Made by a program: the position numbers and the translations under genes. Under the pieces are notes generated by a model. The model did no database searches. It was not told the DNA's origin and saw nothing but the letters and a program-made list of their open reading frames with translations. Positions 17,895 through 26,084 of a stretch of 64,000 bases of DNA are shown here, piece by piece (the first letter of the stretch is position 1; each line of letters opens with the position of its first letter). The stretch comes from an uncultured bacterium (GTDB lineage: Bacteria; Patescibacteriota; Minisyncoccia; Phycocordibacterales; GWA1-40-21): contig CAWCTC010000001.1 in the NCBI GenBank assembly GCA_963798465.1, positions 592,465 to 656,464 on the forward strand. The letters are read 5' to 3'.

Positions 17895-18902
17895 ATGAAG
17901 AAAATAAAATTTTACGATACAACCCTAAGAGATGGTGAACAAGCTCCTGGGAACACAATGAATCCTGAAAATAAACTCTCTATAGCTAAGGAATTAGAAA
18001 AAATTGGTATAGATACTATTGAGGCTGGCTTCCCTGCTTCATCAAAAAAAGATTTCCAAGCTGTAAAATTAATCTCATCCACGATTAAAAAAACTACTAT
18101 CTGTGCATTTTCAAGATGTAATAAAAATGATATTGATTTAGCAAATGAAAGTACAATCAATGCAAAAGATAGAATGATAATGCTATTTTTTGCGGTTTCA
18201 GATATACATCTTGATAAAAAATACAAAATATCTAGAACTGATGCACTAGATAAAATGAAAGATTCTATTAGATACGCACAAAAATATTTTAAAAAAGTGA
18301 GATTTGGCTTGGAAGATGCAACGCGGGCTGATCAAAAGTATTTAAGGAAAGTTATTAATCTTTTATTAAAAGAAAAAGTAAAATACATAGGAATTGGCGA
18401 TACTGTTGGACATATAACCCCATTTGAAACTTACAATCTGGTAAAGAAAATTGTTAAACAGATAAATGGAAACTCAGAAATAGCTATTCATTGTCATAAT
18501 GATTTAGGGATGGCAACAGCAAACACGCTTGCTGCCGTTTTTGCTGGTGCAGACGAAGTTGAAACAACAATCAATGGTATAGGTGAAAGAGCTGGAAATG
18601 CATCATTTGAGGAAGTTGTTATTTCTCTTTTTGTAAGAAAAGATTTTTTTAAACGAAGTTTGGGTGTTAAAATAAATAAAATCATGCACTTGTCAGAACA
18701 TGTGTATGAAATAATCGGTAGAAAGGCTTATTTTGAAAAACCTATTGTTGGTATTAATGCTTTCAGACATGAATCAGGTATTCATATTGATGGTATCAAA
18801 AAATACACTTCAACTTATGAGATAATAAATCCACAAATTATCGGTAGAAAAAGAGAATTTGTTTCAGGTAGACATTCAGGTAAAGTGAATAAAACTAAAT
18901 AG
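17895..18902 (+). CDS. HMGL-like aldolase (2-isopropylmalate/citramalate/homocitrate synthase catalytic domain only)
   Basis: FYDTTLRDGEQAPG, HCHNDLGMATANTLAAV, GIGERAGNA. At 335 aa it lacks the LeuA C-terminal regulatory domain. Confidence 0.7.
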   Translation: MKKIKFYDTTLRDGEQAPGNTMNPENKLSIAKELEKIGIDTIEAGFPASSKKDFQAVKLISSTIKKTTICAFSRCNKNDIDLANESTINAKDRMIMLFFAVSDIHLDKKYKISRTDALDKMKDSIRYAQKYFKKVRFGLEDATRADQKYLRKVINLLLKEKVKYIGIGDTVGHITPFETYNLVKKIVKQINGNSEIAIHCHNDLGMATANTLAAVFAGADEVETTINGIGERAGNASFEEVVISLFVRKDFFKRSLGVKINKIMHLSEHVYEIIGRKAYFEKPIVGINAFRHESGIHIDGIKKYTSTYEIINPQIIGRKREFVSGRHSGKVNKTK

Positions 18903-19596
18903 TACTTTTTAAATATTTCTGTCTTTTCTCCTCTGGAAACTTCTCTATCGCATATCGAAGCGTTGTTCGTGGCATTTTTTTATAATATTTTTGCAGGAAT
19001 TTTTCTTCATCTTTTTGCGACATCTTTCCAACTTCACGAAGCATCCAACCGACAGCTTTGTGTATCAAATCATGTTTATCATTCATCAAAATCTCGGCAA
19101 TTTTAAAAGTATCTTTATATTCGCCAGCTTTAATAAAAGTATAAGTTGAAACAATTGAAATCCTTTTCTCCCAAAGATTTTTTGATTTGGCAAATTTATA
19201 TAAAATCGTTTTCGGCTTATTGAGCAGATATTTCCCAACTATTTTAGGAGCAGAAAGATCAACTAAATCCCAGTTATTTGCTTGTTGTGCATTTTTAATA
19301 TAAAAATCAAAAATTTTCTTCTGTTCTAAATCATTTGCTTTGTTAAACTTTTCAACCAGTAAAAGAAGTGCACAAAGCCTTTCTTCATGAACTTTTGAAT
19401 ACAAAATTTCTTTAATTTCAGACAAAGGTAAATCCGAAAATTTTTTTGCAACTTTCCTAGTATTCGGAACAATTATTCCGAGAAAAATATCTCCTTCGCC
19501 GTATTGGCCCTTTCCAGTTTTAAAAAATCTCTGCAAAATATTTGCTTTTTCAAAATCAGAATAAAGGCTTAATTCCCTTTTTAAATCTTCAATCAT
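18895..19596 (-). CDS. DNA alkylation repair protein (AlkD/AlkC-like HEAT-repeat glycosylase family)
   Basis: RFFKTGKGQYGEGDIFLGI, NNWDLVD, IHKAVGWMLREVGK. Confidence 0.8.
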   Translation of the reverse strand: MIEDLKRELSLYSDFEKANILQRFFKTGKGQYGEGDIFLGIIVPNTRKVAKKFSDLPLSEIKEILYSKVHEERLCALLLLVEKFNKANDLEQKKIFDFYIKNAQQANNWDLVDLSAPKIVGKYLLNKPKTILYKFAKSKNLWEKRISIVSTYTFIKAGEYKDTFKIAEILMNDKHDLIHKAVGWMLREVGKMSQKDEEKFLQKYYKKMPRTTLRYAIEKFPEEKRQKYLKSTI

Positions 19597-21479
19597 AATC
19601 TTTTAGTTTTGCTGACAAACAAGCCAAAAACTCGTGTTGAATTCAAAAGTGGAATAAAATCCGTGAGAAAATTGTAAGCTGCAGCGCCTGTTGGCTGCAA
19701 TATTCTTACAAAAACAAGCACAAGTCCAACGACGTTCGTAATTCCCCAAGTTATAAAATCCTCATTGGCAATTTCCATGACATATTTTGAAAGACTGATA
19801 AGATTTGGAATTTTTGAAAAATCATCTTTCATCAAAACAATATCCGCCGATTCTATCGCAGCATCGTAGCCGATTGCACCCATTGCAATGCCGATATCCG
19901 CAAGTGAAAGAGATGCAGCATCATTTATTCCATCGCCTACCATTATCGTCTTGTATTTATTGCTCAAAGTTTTTCTGATAAAATCCAATTTTTCCTCCGG
20001 CAGAAGATTTGCATGAAATTCCGTGAGTCCGACTTCGTCAGAAATTCTTTTTGCGACTTTTTCATTATCGCCCGTAAGCATGATTATTCTTTCCACGCCA
20101 AGTTTTTTCAATTCGTCCATGCCTTTTTTTATATTCGGTTTAAGCTCATCAGCAATGCTGAAAAAACCTTTAAGCTCTCCATCCAAAGATATCAATGTTG
20201 TATTAAAACCCTTGTCTTCTTCAAGAGAAATTTGCTTCATTATATCATCGGTCATTTTTATTCCATTGACTTGAAGATATGGCAAACTGCCAAGAATAAT
20301 TTTTTCTCCGTTAAACACGGCAGAAATCCCCTGCCCGCTATGCTCTTCAAAAGAATCGGGAGTAACTGCACCTGTATCGGGTTCTTTGTCATTTTCGATA
20401 TAAGTTACAATTGATTTTGAAATCGGATGGTCGGAAAGAATCGCCAATATTCCGGAATATTTCAAAATTTTTTGTTTGTCAGATTCATTGCAGACGATAG
20501 TATCGCAGACAAATTCTTCAACTTTCAATTTTCCTTTTGTAATAGTTCCGGTCTTATCTACAAACACAACTTTTACATCGCGCAATGCTTCGAGATAGCT
20601 CGCACCTTTTACAATTATTCCTCGCTTCGCGCAATAACTTATTGCTGTCAAAAAAGCCAAAGGCAAAGCGACAGCAATATCATCTGCACAAACGACAAGC
20701 AATATCGCAAGGACAAATAGAAGATTTCTTGTCACTAAATAAGCGATGATTGAGCCAATAAAAATTATTATCAAATACCATGTGGCAAATTTTTCAGCAG
20801 AAGTGTGAATATCCGGTTTGTCTAGCTGTGCTTCCTCGACGAGTTTGATAATTTTTTCCAACGTCGTGTCCGCTCCGGCTTTTATTGTTTCCAAAACCAA
20901 ATTTCCCGAGACAACAAGAGTTGAGCTGAAAGCATCACTGTCTTTTACCTTCGTGACTGGCATTGATTCACCTGTAAGCGAAGATTCGTCGACAGTCGCT
21001 TCGCCAGAAATAACTTTTCCATCAACAGGAATCCTTTCTCCCAAATCCACAACAACAATGTCGCCGACTTTGACTTTTTTCGGATCAACTTCGATTATTT
21101 TTCCGTCAGCTTGTTTTATTTTTACTTTTTTCGGTTTTAATTTCATCAAGCTTTCGATATTTTTTCTGGCTCTAGCTTGATTATATGTAAGAAAAATTCT
21201 TGAAGAAGTAAGCATCAGATTTATGAAAACTGCCGACATCCACTGATGAGCTAAAAGAGAAAAAATTAAAGCAACCGCAGCCAAAAGATCCACTGTGACT
21301 TGTTTATTTAAAATCGCTTTGTAAGCGCTATAAACGACGGGAACTGTGCCTATGATTGCGAGTGCGATTAAAAAATATTTTTGGAACGGAAAAAGATTCC
21401 AATAGCTTATCGGAAGAATCAACAACAAACCTACGAGCAATATGTTATCAAAATTTATTATATTATAAAATTTTTTCAT
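19593..21479 (-). CDS. P-type cation-transporting ATPase (P1B-like size and topology, atypical TM motif)
   Basis: TGES, DKTGTIT, MLTGDN, GDGINDA. CADD sits where P1B pumps carry CPC. No N-terminal metal-binding domain. Confidence 0.85.
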   Translation of the reverse strand: MKKFYNIINFDNILLVGLLLILPISYWNLFPFQKYFLIALAIIGTVPVVYSAYKAILNKQVTVDLLAAVALIFSLLAHQWMSAVFINLMLTSSRIFLTYNQARARKNIESLMKLKPKKVKIKQADGKIIEVDPKKVKVGDIVVVDLGERIPVDGKVISGEATVDESSLTGESMPVTKVKDSDAFSSTLVVSGNLVLETIKAGADTTLEKIIKLVEEAQLDKPDIHTSAEKFATWYLIIIFIGSIIAYLVTRNLLFVLAILLVVCADDIAVALPLAFLTAISYCAKRGIIVKGASYLEALRDVKVVFVDKTGTITKGKLKVEEFVCDTIVCNESDKQKILKYSGILAILSDHPISKSIVTYIENDKEPDTGAVTPDSFEEHSGQGISAVFNGEKIILGSLPYLQVNGIKMTDDIMKQISLEEDKGFNTTLISLDGELKGFFSIADELKPNIKKGMDELKKLGVERIIMLTGDNEKVAKRISDEVGLTEFHANLLPEEKLDFIRKTLSNKYKTIMVGDGINDAASLSLADIGIAMGAIGYDAAIESADIVLMKDDFSKIPNLISLSKYVMEIANEDFITWGITNVVGLVLVFVRILQPTGAAAYNFLTDFIPLLNSTRVFGLFVSKTKRL

Positions 21480-21525
21480 TTGTTTTGATAATTTTAATAG
21501 GATTATTATAGCATTTTTTAAGCAT

Positions 21526-21560
21526 AAAAAAGGGCGGCCGCTTCGCGGCCGCCCTTTTTG
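21526..21560. terminator. Bidirectional GC-rich terminator (GGGCGGCCGCTTCGCGGCCGCCC)
   Basis: A-run + 10-bp GC stem + T-run. Identical core at 46461..46483. Confidence 0.85.
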
Positions 21561-21567
21561 ATTTGTG

Positions 21568-23064
21568 TTAACCTATAAATGTAAGTGCTTTCCCTTTCTT
21601 ATTTGCTCTTCCTGTTCTGCCGATTCTATGAACATAATCTTCATAAGTCGCAGGAACATCATAATTAATTACGTGAGTAACATCAGGAATATCAAGTCCT
21701 CTTGCGGCAACATCAGTCGCGACAAGAATTTGAATCTGATCATCCTTGAATTTTCCGAGAGCTCTTTGTCTAGCACTTTGATTTTTATCTCCGTGAATTG
21801 AATCAGCCTTAAAACCTCTTTCATTCAAAGTTCTGGACAATCTTTCAACTCCATGTTTTGTTCTTCCAAAAATAAGCACCTTGCTCAATTCCGGATTATT
21901 CAAAAGTTCGTGCAAAACATCAATTTTTTCTTTTCCGTTCAATCTTACAATATCCTGATCAACACTTTTTGCGGTATCGCCAGTTTTAACTGAAACAGTA
22001 ACTGGATTATTCAAAAATGTTTTTACAAGTCCTTCAACTTCTCTCGACATCGTGGCCGAGAAAAATAGTGTGTGTCTTTTTGCAGACATCTGCGACATTA
22101 TAAGTTTCATATCGGCAATGAATCCCATATCAAGCATTCTATCAGCTTCATCAAGAACAATCGTAGAAAATGGTTTAAGATTTAAAACTCTTCTATTTAC
22201 CAAATCTTTCAATCTTCCCGGAGTTCCTATTACGAAGTTATTCCAATATTTAAGCATTGAAATCTGTCTTCCGATAGGTGCACCTCCGACACAGCAAACA
22301 GAATATATTTTCATACCTGATGTGAAGCTTTTAAGCTCATCATCAATTTGCTGAGCAAGTTCTCTCGTTGGAACAACGATAAGAATTTCTTCTTTAGGAT
22401 TTAGCAAAACTTTATTTATAAGCGGAATTAAAAATGCCGCAGTTTTTCCAGTTCCCGTATTTGCAATTCCGACAACATCTTCTCCACGCAAAACGTGAGG
22501 AATTATTTTATCCTGAATCGGAGTGGGTTCGCTATAACCTTTCGCAAAAATATTCGCTTTTATTCTGTCATCAATATTGAAATCTTTAAAAAGATGTTCT
22601 GGAACAAATTTTTCCACAACTTCTGTGATTACAGCTTTGTTTATAAATTTTGAAAAGTGAATATCAGAAACTGCGCCTCTTCCGCGAGAATTTGAAAATC
22701 TGCCTCCTCCTCTATTTCCACCGAAACGAGAATTACCTCCAAATGAAGGTCTTCCATTTCCGCTTCCATGTGAAAATCTGCTGCCGCCGAAAGACGGTCT
22801 TGAACTTCCTTGTGAACTGAAAGCTGGCCTTCTAAATTCACTTTGTCCAACTGAAGCTGGTCTCGCAGAATAAGCAGGTCTTGAGCTCGGACTTGGGTTG
22901 CTAAAATCAGCACGAGGTTTTATCTCTGCATGACTATTTGAAACTGTTGGAGAATGAGTCGTTGGACTTACTCTGCTTTCGCTTCTTGTAGATGAAAACT
23001 TTCTAGACTTTTTATTATCAAATCTGTCGAAAGACGGCATCTTTCTTTTTACTATACGCATCAT
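21568..23064 (-). CDS. DEAD-box RNA helicase with ~130-aa N-terminal Ser/Arg/Gly-rich disordered region
   Basis: PTPIQ, ANTGTGKTAAF, PTRELA, VLDEADRMLDMGF, SAT, HRIGRTGR. RGG-like repeats at the N-terminus. Confidence 0.9.
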   Translation of the reverse strand: MMRIVKRKMPSFDRFDNKKSRKFSSTRSESRVSPTTHSPTVSNSHAEIKPRADFSNPSPSSRPAYSARPASVGQSEFRRPAFSSQGSSRPSFGGSRFSHGSGNGRPSFGGNSRFGGNRGGGRFSNSRGRGAVSDIHFSKFINKAVITEVVEKFVPEHLFKDFNIDDRIKANIFAKGYSEPTPIQDKIIPHVLRGEDVVGIANTGTGKTAAFLIPLINKVLLNPKEEILIVVPTRELAQQIDDELKSFTSGMKIYSVCCVGGAPIGRQISMLKYWNNFVIGTPGRLKDLVNRRVLNLKPFSTIVLDEADRMLDMGFIADMKLIMSQMSAKRHTLFFSATMSREVEGLVKTFLNNPVTVSVKTGDTAKSVDQDIVRLNGKEKIDVLHELLNNPELSKVLIFGRTKHGVERLSRTLNERGFKADSIHGDKNQSARQRALGKFKDDQIQILVATDVAARGLDIPDVTHVINYDVPATYEDYVHRIGRTGRANKKGKALTFIG

Positions 23065-23097
23065 ATTATTAATTTACTTTTAGCCAAAACTCTCTTT

Positions 23098-23170
23098 TGT
23101 CATTCCCGCGCAGGCGGGAATCCAGGTTTAATTAAATTGATTCTGGATTCCCGTTTTCACGGGAATGACA
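23098..23170. mobile_element. MITE-like palindromic element (GTCATTCCCGCG.AGGCGGGAATCCAG family)
   Basis: TGTCATTCCCGCGCAGGCGGGAATCCAGG ... CTGGATTCCCGTTTTCACGGGAATGACA, 73 bp, within the helicase 5' leader. Confidence 0.75.
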
Positions 23171-23233
23171 ATCCAAAAAAGTTTTGTAACTAATAGATTG
23201 TTTTATCCTATTTCTATATAGGTTATTAAATGT

Positions 23234-23311
23234 AAAAATGTCGCACGGATTCTGCGACAAATGTTCTTACGCTTAATCAGTGAGATGAATCTCGGATGAG
23301 ATTTATTTACT
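23234..23311 (-). ncRNA. Candidate short transcript or leader: promoter-proximal alternative hairpins plus a terminator-like hairpin
   Basis: Lies downstream of the 23346..23318 promoter. ATCTC/GAGAT/ATCTC form three mutually exclusive pairing segments. Then GTCGCA-GAATCCG-TGCGAC + ATTTTT. Confidence 0.3.
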
Positions 23312-23317
23312 CGGTAA

Positions 23318-23346
23318 TAGTAGCAATTAAAATGTTTTTTGTCAAG
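23318..23346 (-). promoter_or_regulatory. Sigma70-type promoter TTGACA-N17-TACTAT
   Basis: TTGACA at 23346..23341, TACTAT at 23323..23318, 17-nt spacer. It points toward the DEAD-box helicase gene about 250 nt downstream. Confidence 0.6.
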
Positions 23347-23349
23347 CTT

Positions 23350-24804
23350 TTATTTCTCCAAATCAAAAACTTCAGTAATCTTCACCTGCTTTACAAATTC
23401 AGGAACGTGACTTACAAGTATCATCGCGCCTTCAAAGTCGCTCAGTGCTTTTGCTATCACAGGTAAGTGGCGGAAGTTCATATGGTTTGTCGGCTCATCA
23501 AGAATTAGAAGTCCGGGCTTTTGAAGCACAAGTCTTGCAAGTGCGACGAGACCTTTTTGTCCTTCTGAAAGACTTCCGATTTTTGTATAAATCATATCAC
23601 CTGTTATAAGAAATCCAGCAGCAATAGTTCTCATTTCCTGCTCAATATGTTTATCCATAACAGACATTAAAGAATCAAAAATAGTGTCTTCAAAATTGAG
23701 TGTTGAAAAATCCTGTCTATAATATCCGACTTTTATTCCTGGCGCAATTTTACTTCCGCTCGAGGTTTGAGATGCAATAGCTTCAAGCAAAGTTGTTTTT
23801 CCGATTCCATTCGGACCAACTAAAAGCAAATGCTGTCTTTTTTTCAGAGAAATTTTTGCCTTTCTTGGTATTTTTTTATGATTTTTGAAAATGAAAAATT
23901 CAGAAATATTTATTATTTCTCCGACTAAATCTTTTTGAGCAGGAATTTGAAATTGTCTGATTGTCCTGTCTTCCCTTCTAACATCAACTATTTCTTCTTC
24001 TAATTCATCAGCTTTTTCTCTCATCCTTCTTGCAACAAGTCTCATACGGCCTCCTTTCATCGCAAAAAAGTTTGCTTTGTCTTTATTCTCTTGAATTTCT
24101 TTTCCAAGCTGGGCATTTTTCATATTTTCTTTTTCAATTCTTGCTGTAATTTGATCTCTGACATCAAAATAGTCTCCGACATATTGTTCAACCTTTTTTG
24201 TATAAACATCCAAATATAAAACGCCGTGAGTGAACGCATTCAAAAAATCCGCATCGTGAGAAATGACGATACAAGTTTTATTATATGCAACAAGAAATTT
24301 TGTCAGGTGAGCAATTCCTTCTTTATCCAAATTGTTTGTCGGCTCATCAAGCAAAAGCAAATCTGGATCCTGAATAAGCGCGGAAGCCAAAAGAAGCCTT
24401 GCTTGCTGACCGCCAGAAAAAGTCATAACTTTCCTATCAAGCGGAGCACTCAAATTTACTACTTCAAGAACTTCTGCAATTCTCGGTTCAATATTATAAA
24501 TTTTCTCTTTAAAGCATTTTTCAAAAAATTCTCGCACGGTCAATTCCGCATCAACTCTTGGAATAACCTGTTTTGCCGTGGCAATTGTAAGCTTGTTTTG
24601 TAAAATTATTCTTCCAGATTCTGGCTTGTAATGTCCGGTAATAAGATTGAAAATTGTGCTCTTTCCTGAGCCATTTTGGCCCATAAGAGTTACTTTTGCA
24701 CCTCTTCGCAAGGTAAAATCAACCTCGCTTAAGATAGGCTTATTATGTCCGAATTCAAAAGACACTTCTTCAAATTTTAAAATTATTTCTCCGTGTTCTG
24801 CCAT
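23350..24804 (-). CDS. ABC-F family ATPase (two ABC domains, no TM domain)
   Basis: Two Walker A sites (GQNGSGKST, GPNGIGKTT), two signature motifs (FSGGQQ, LSEGQK), and a charged inter-domain linker. Confidence 0.85.
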   Translation of the reverse strand: MAEHGEIILKFEEVSFEFGHNKPILSEVDFTLRRGAKVTLMGQNGSGKSTIFNLITGHYKPESGRIILQNKLTIATAKQVIPRVDAELTVREFFEKCFKEKIYNIEPRIAEVLEVVNLSAPLDRKVMTFSGGQQARLLLASALIQDPDLLLLDEPTNNLDKEGIAHLTKFLVAYNKTCIVISHDADFLNAFTHGVLYLDVYTKKVEQYVGDYFDVRDQITARIEKENMKNAQLGKEIQENKDKANFFAMKGGRMRLVARRMREKADELEEEIVDVRREDRTIRQFQIPAQKDLVGEIINISEFFIFKNHKKIPRKAKISLKKRQHLLLVGPNGIGKTTLLEAIASQTSSGSKIAPGIKVGYYRQDFSTLNFEDTIFDSLMSVMDKHIEQEMRTIAAGFLITGDMIYTKIGSLSEGQKGLVALARLVLQKPGLLILDEPTNHMNFRHLPVIAKALSDFEGAMILVSHVPEFVKQVKITEVFDLEK

Positions 24805-24854
24805 AGATTATTCAGATTACATTATTTTTTGATAAAATGAAAGAAAATAAACTA

Positions 24855-24875
24855 CTACCGGCTAAAAGCCGGTAG
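24855..24875 (-). promoter_or_regulatory. Terminator/attenuator-like hairpin in the ABC-F 5' leader
   Basis: CTACCGGC-TTTTA-GCCGGTAG followed by a U-rich tract, about 50 nt upstream of ATG 24804. Confidence 0.35.
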
Positions 24876-24929
24876 TTTTGGATAAGACTAAAGTCCGATA
24901 TTAAATACAAATGCAGACCCATACTCGTG

Positions 24930-25043
24930 TGTCATTCCCGCGAAGGCGGGAATCCAGAATTAATAGTGTCGCACTTATATAGGACGATTGTGCGAGTGAC
25001 TTCGCTAAGTCAAACCTAGATTCCCGTATTCACGGGAATGACA
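24930..25043. mobile_element. Composite MITE (GTCATTCCCGCGAAGGCGGGAATCCAG arms with an inserted GTCGCAC...GTGCGAG module)
   Basis: Arms as in 23098..23170 and 62055..62127. The extra internal unit is also found at 35889..35933, 52566..52599 and inside 61427..61523. Confidence 0.7.
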
Positions 25044-25112
25044 AATGTCATCCAAAACTAATCTTAAAAGGACTGCCTGAAGGCGGGAGTTTTGCTCCCA
25101 AAGGTGGATAAT

Positions 25113-25152
25113 AAAAAAACCCGGATTTTTGCTGGCCAGCAAAAATCTGGGT
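25113..25152 (-). terminator. Strong intrinsic terminator
   Basis: ACCCAGATTTTTGCTGG/CCAGCAAAAATCCGGGT 17-bp stem + T7 on the minus strand, right after the stop at 25153. Confidence 0.85.
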
Positions 25153-25314
25153 TCAATCTTTTTTCTTCATTTCTCTTACTTTAAGATTTTCCTCATATAT
25201 CTTTCTTTTTTCTTCGTCCAAGAAATGCGATATGATCGCGTATTTTCTTCTCGGACGAAAAAACCTTTCCATTGCGTGACAAAACCATTTCCAAAAAATC
25301 TTCAAAGTAGTCAT
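25153..25314 (-). CDS. Small protein, 53 aa
   Basis: AGGAGGAGG lies 5 nt upstream of ATG 25314. Sequence is MTTLKIFWKWFCHAMERFFRPRRKYAIISHFLDEEKRKIYEENLKVREMKKKD. The track start at 25350 is upstream of the SD. Confidence 0.55.
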   Translation of the reverse strand: MTTLKIFWKWFCHAMERFFRPRRKYAIISHFLDEEKRKIYEENLKVREMKKKD

Positions 25315-25377
25315 TTTTCCTCCTCCTATTTTTTTATTTGCATCCGGCAATAGACTAGCACAAAACTATTTTTCTTG

Positions 25378-25482
25378 CCCAGTGTGAATTTTCATCTAAT
25401 TTAAAATTAATATAGAATTATTTTTTATTAGATATATCAATATTAAACAAAAAGAATAATTCTTGTAAAATTCTTTACTGGG
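25378..25482 (-). promoter_or_regulatory. H2 element copy (stand-alone; contains a 9-aa mini-ORF)
   Basis: Arms CCCAGTAAAGAATTTT (25482->25467) and GAAAATTCACACTGGG (25393->25378), a compensated CCCCG/CGGGG to CCCAG/CTGGG change. The ATG at 25395 gives MKIHTGQEK in a different frame from the other copies. Confidence 0.55.
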
Positions 25483-25489
25483 TGTCAAA

Positions 25490-25522
25490 TAAAAAGAGCT
25501 GGGAAAAATTTCTCCCAGCTCT
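25490..25522 (-). terminator. Intrinsic terminator
   Basis: AGAGCTGGGAGAAATTTTTCCCAGCTCT + T5 on the minus strand, after the stop at 25528. Confidence 0.75.
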
Positions 25523-25527
25523 AATCA

Positions 25528-26010
25528 TCAATTCCAGTTTGGATTTACCCCTTTGTTAAAAGATTGTGCAAAAATTTTATCAAGCCATTCCATAGAACTT
25601 GATACTTCGCAGTTAATGCTTTTGACCTTAACTACTTCCCAGTCTTTTGCCACCCTTATGATGAAAATTGAGTCCTGCGGACCAATTTCTTGCTCTAATG
25701 CATTTTTGAATAGTATGTGAGCAAGAATTTGCTTGTCTATCATTATGTCAATTTCTTTTGCCAACTTCTCGACCTTGTCTATTCTGATCATTTGATCATC
25801 AGAATTTATCAGATCAAAAAGCTTTTCATTCATAAGGTTTATTTTCTTTTCGAGAACCGAACTGTAATACACAAAAAGTTTCTTCGTCTCCTCTTTTTGT
25901 ATCACGCCGATCTTTTCTTCAAAGTCTTGCCGCGCCTTTACTGCCGGTTCTCTCACAATATCAAGAGATCTAACTGTTTTAAGCAGATCCTCAATAAATT
26001 TTAGATCCAT
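25528..26010 (-). CDS. Hypothetical protein, 160 aa
   Basis: AAGGTGGTGA SD upstream of ATG 26010. No recognisable motif. Confidence 0.55.
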   Translation of the reverse strand: MDLKFIEDLLKTVRSLDIVREPAVKARQDFEEKIGVIQKEETKKLFVYYSSVLEKKINLMNEKLFDLINSDDQMIRIDKVEKLAKEIDIMIDKQILAHILFKNALEQEIGPQDSIFIIRVAKDWEVVKVKSINCEVSSSMEWLDKIFAQSFNKGVNPNWN

Positions 26011-26084
26011 GGCAAATCACCACCTTTTTTTTATTTAAACAACTTACCGATATATAAATACCACAAAATTACTATCTAGTCAAA

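Noticed and set aside
24876-24900. ACTAAAGTCCGA resembles the 5' strand of the RNase P RNA P4 helix (GAAAGUCCGG).
   Set aside because: There is no matching ACCCGGCUU-type 3' strand and no other conserved RNase P regions. The CCCGG further on belongs to a perfect terminator hairpin (25113..25152) of the neighbouring gene. The region is also too short.
25055-25110. GCCUGAAGGC and GGGAGUUUUGCUCCC hairpins considered as SRP or tmRNA fragments.
   Set aside because: The SRP domain IV motif (GGUCCGGAAGGAAGCAGC-like) is absent, and so is a tRNA-like acceptor/T-arm.
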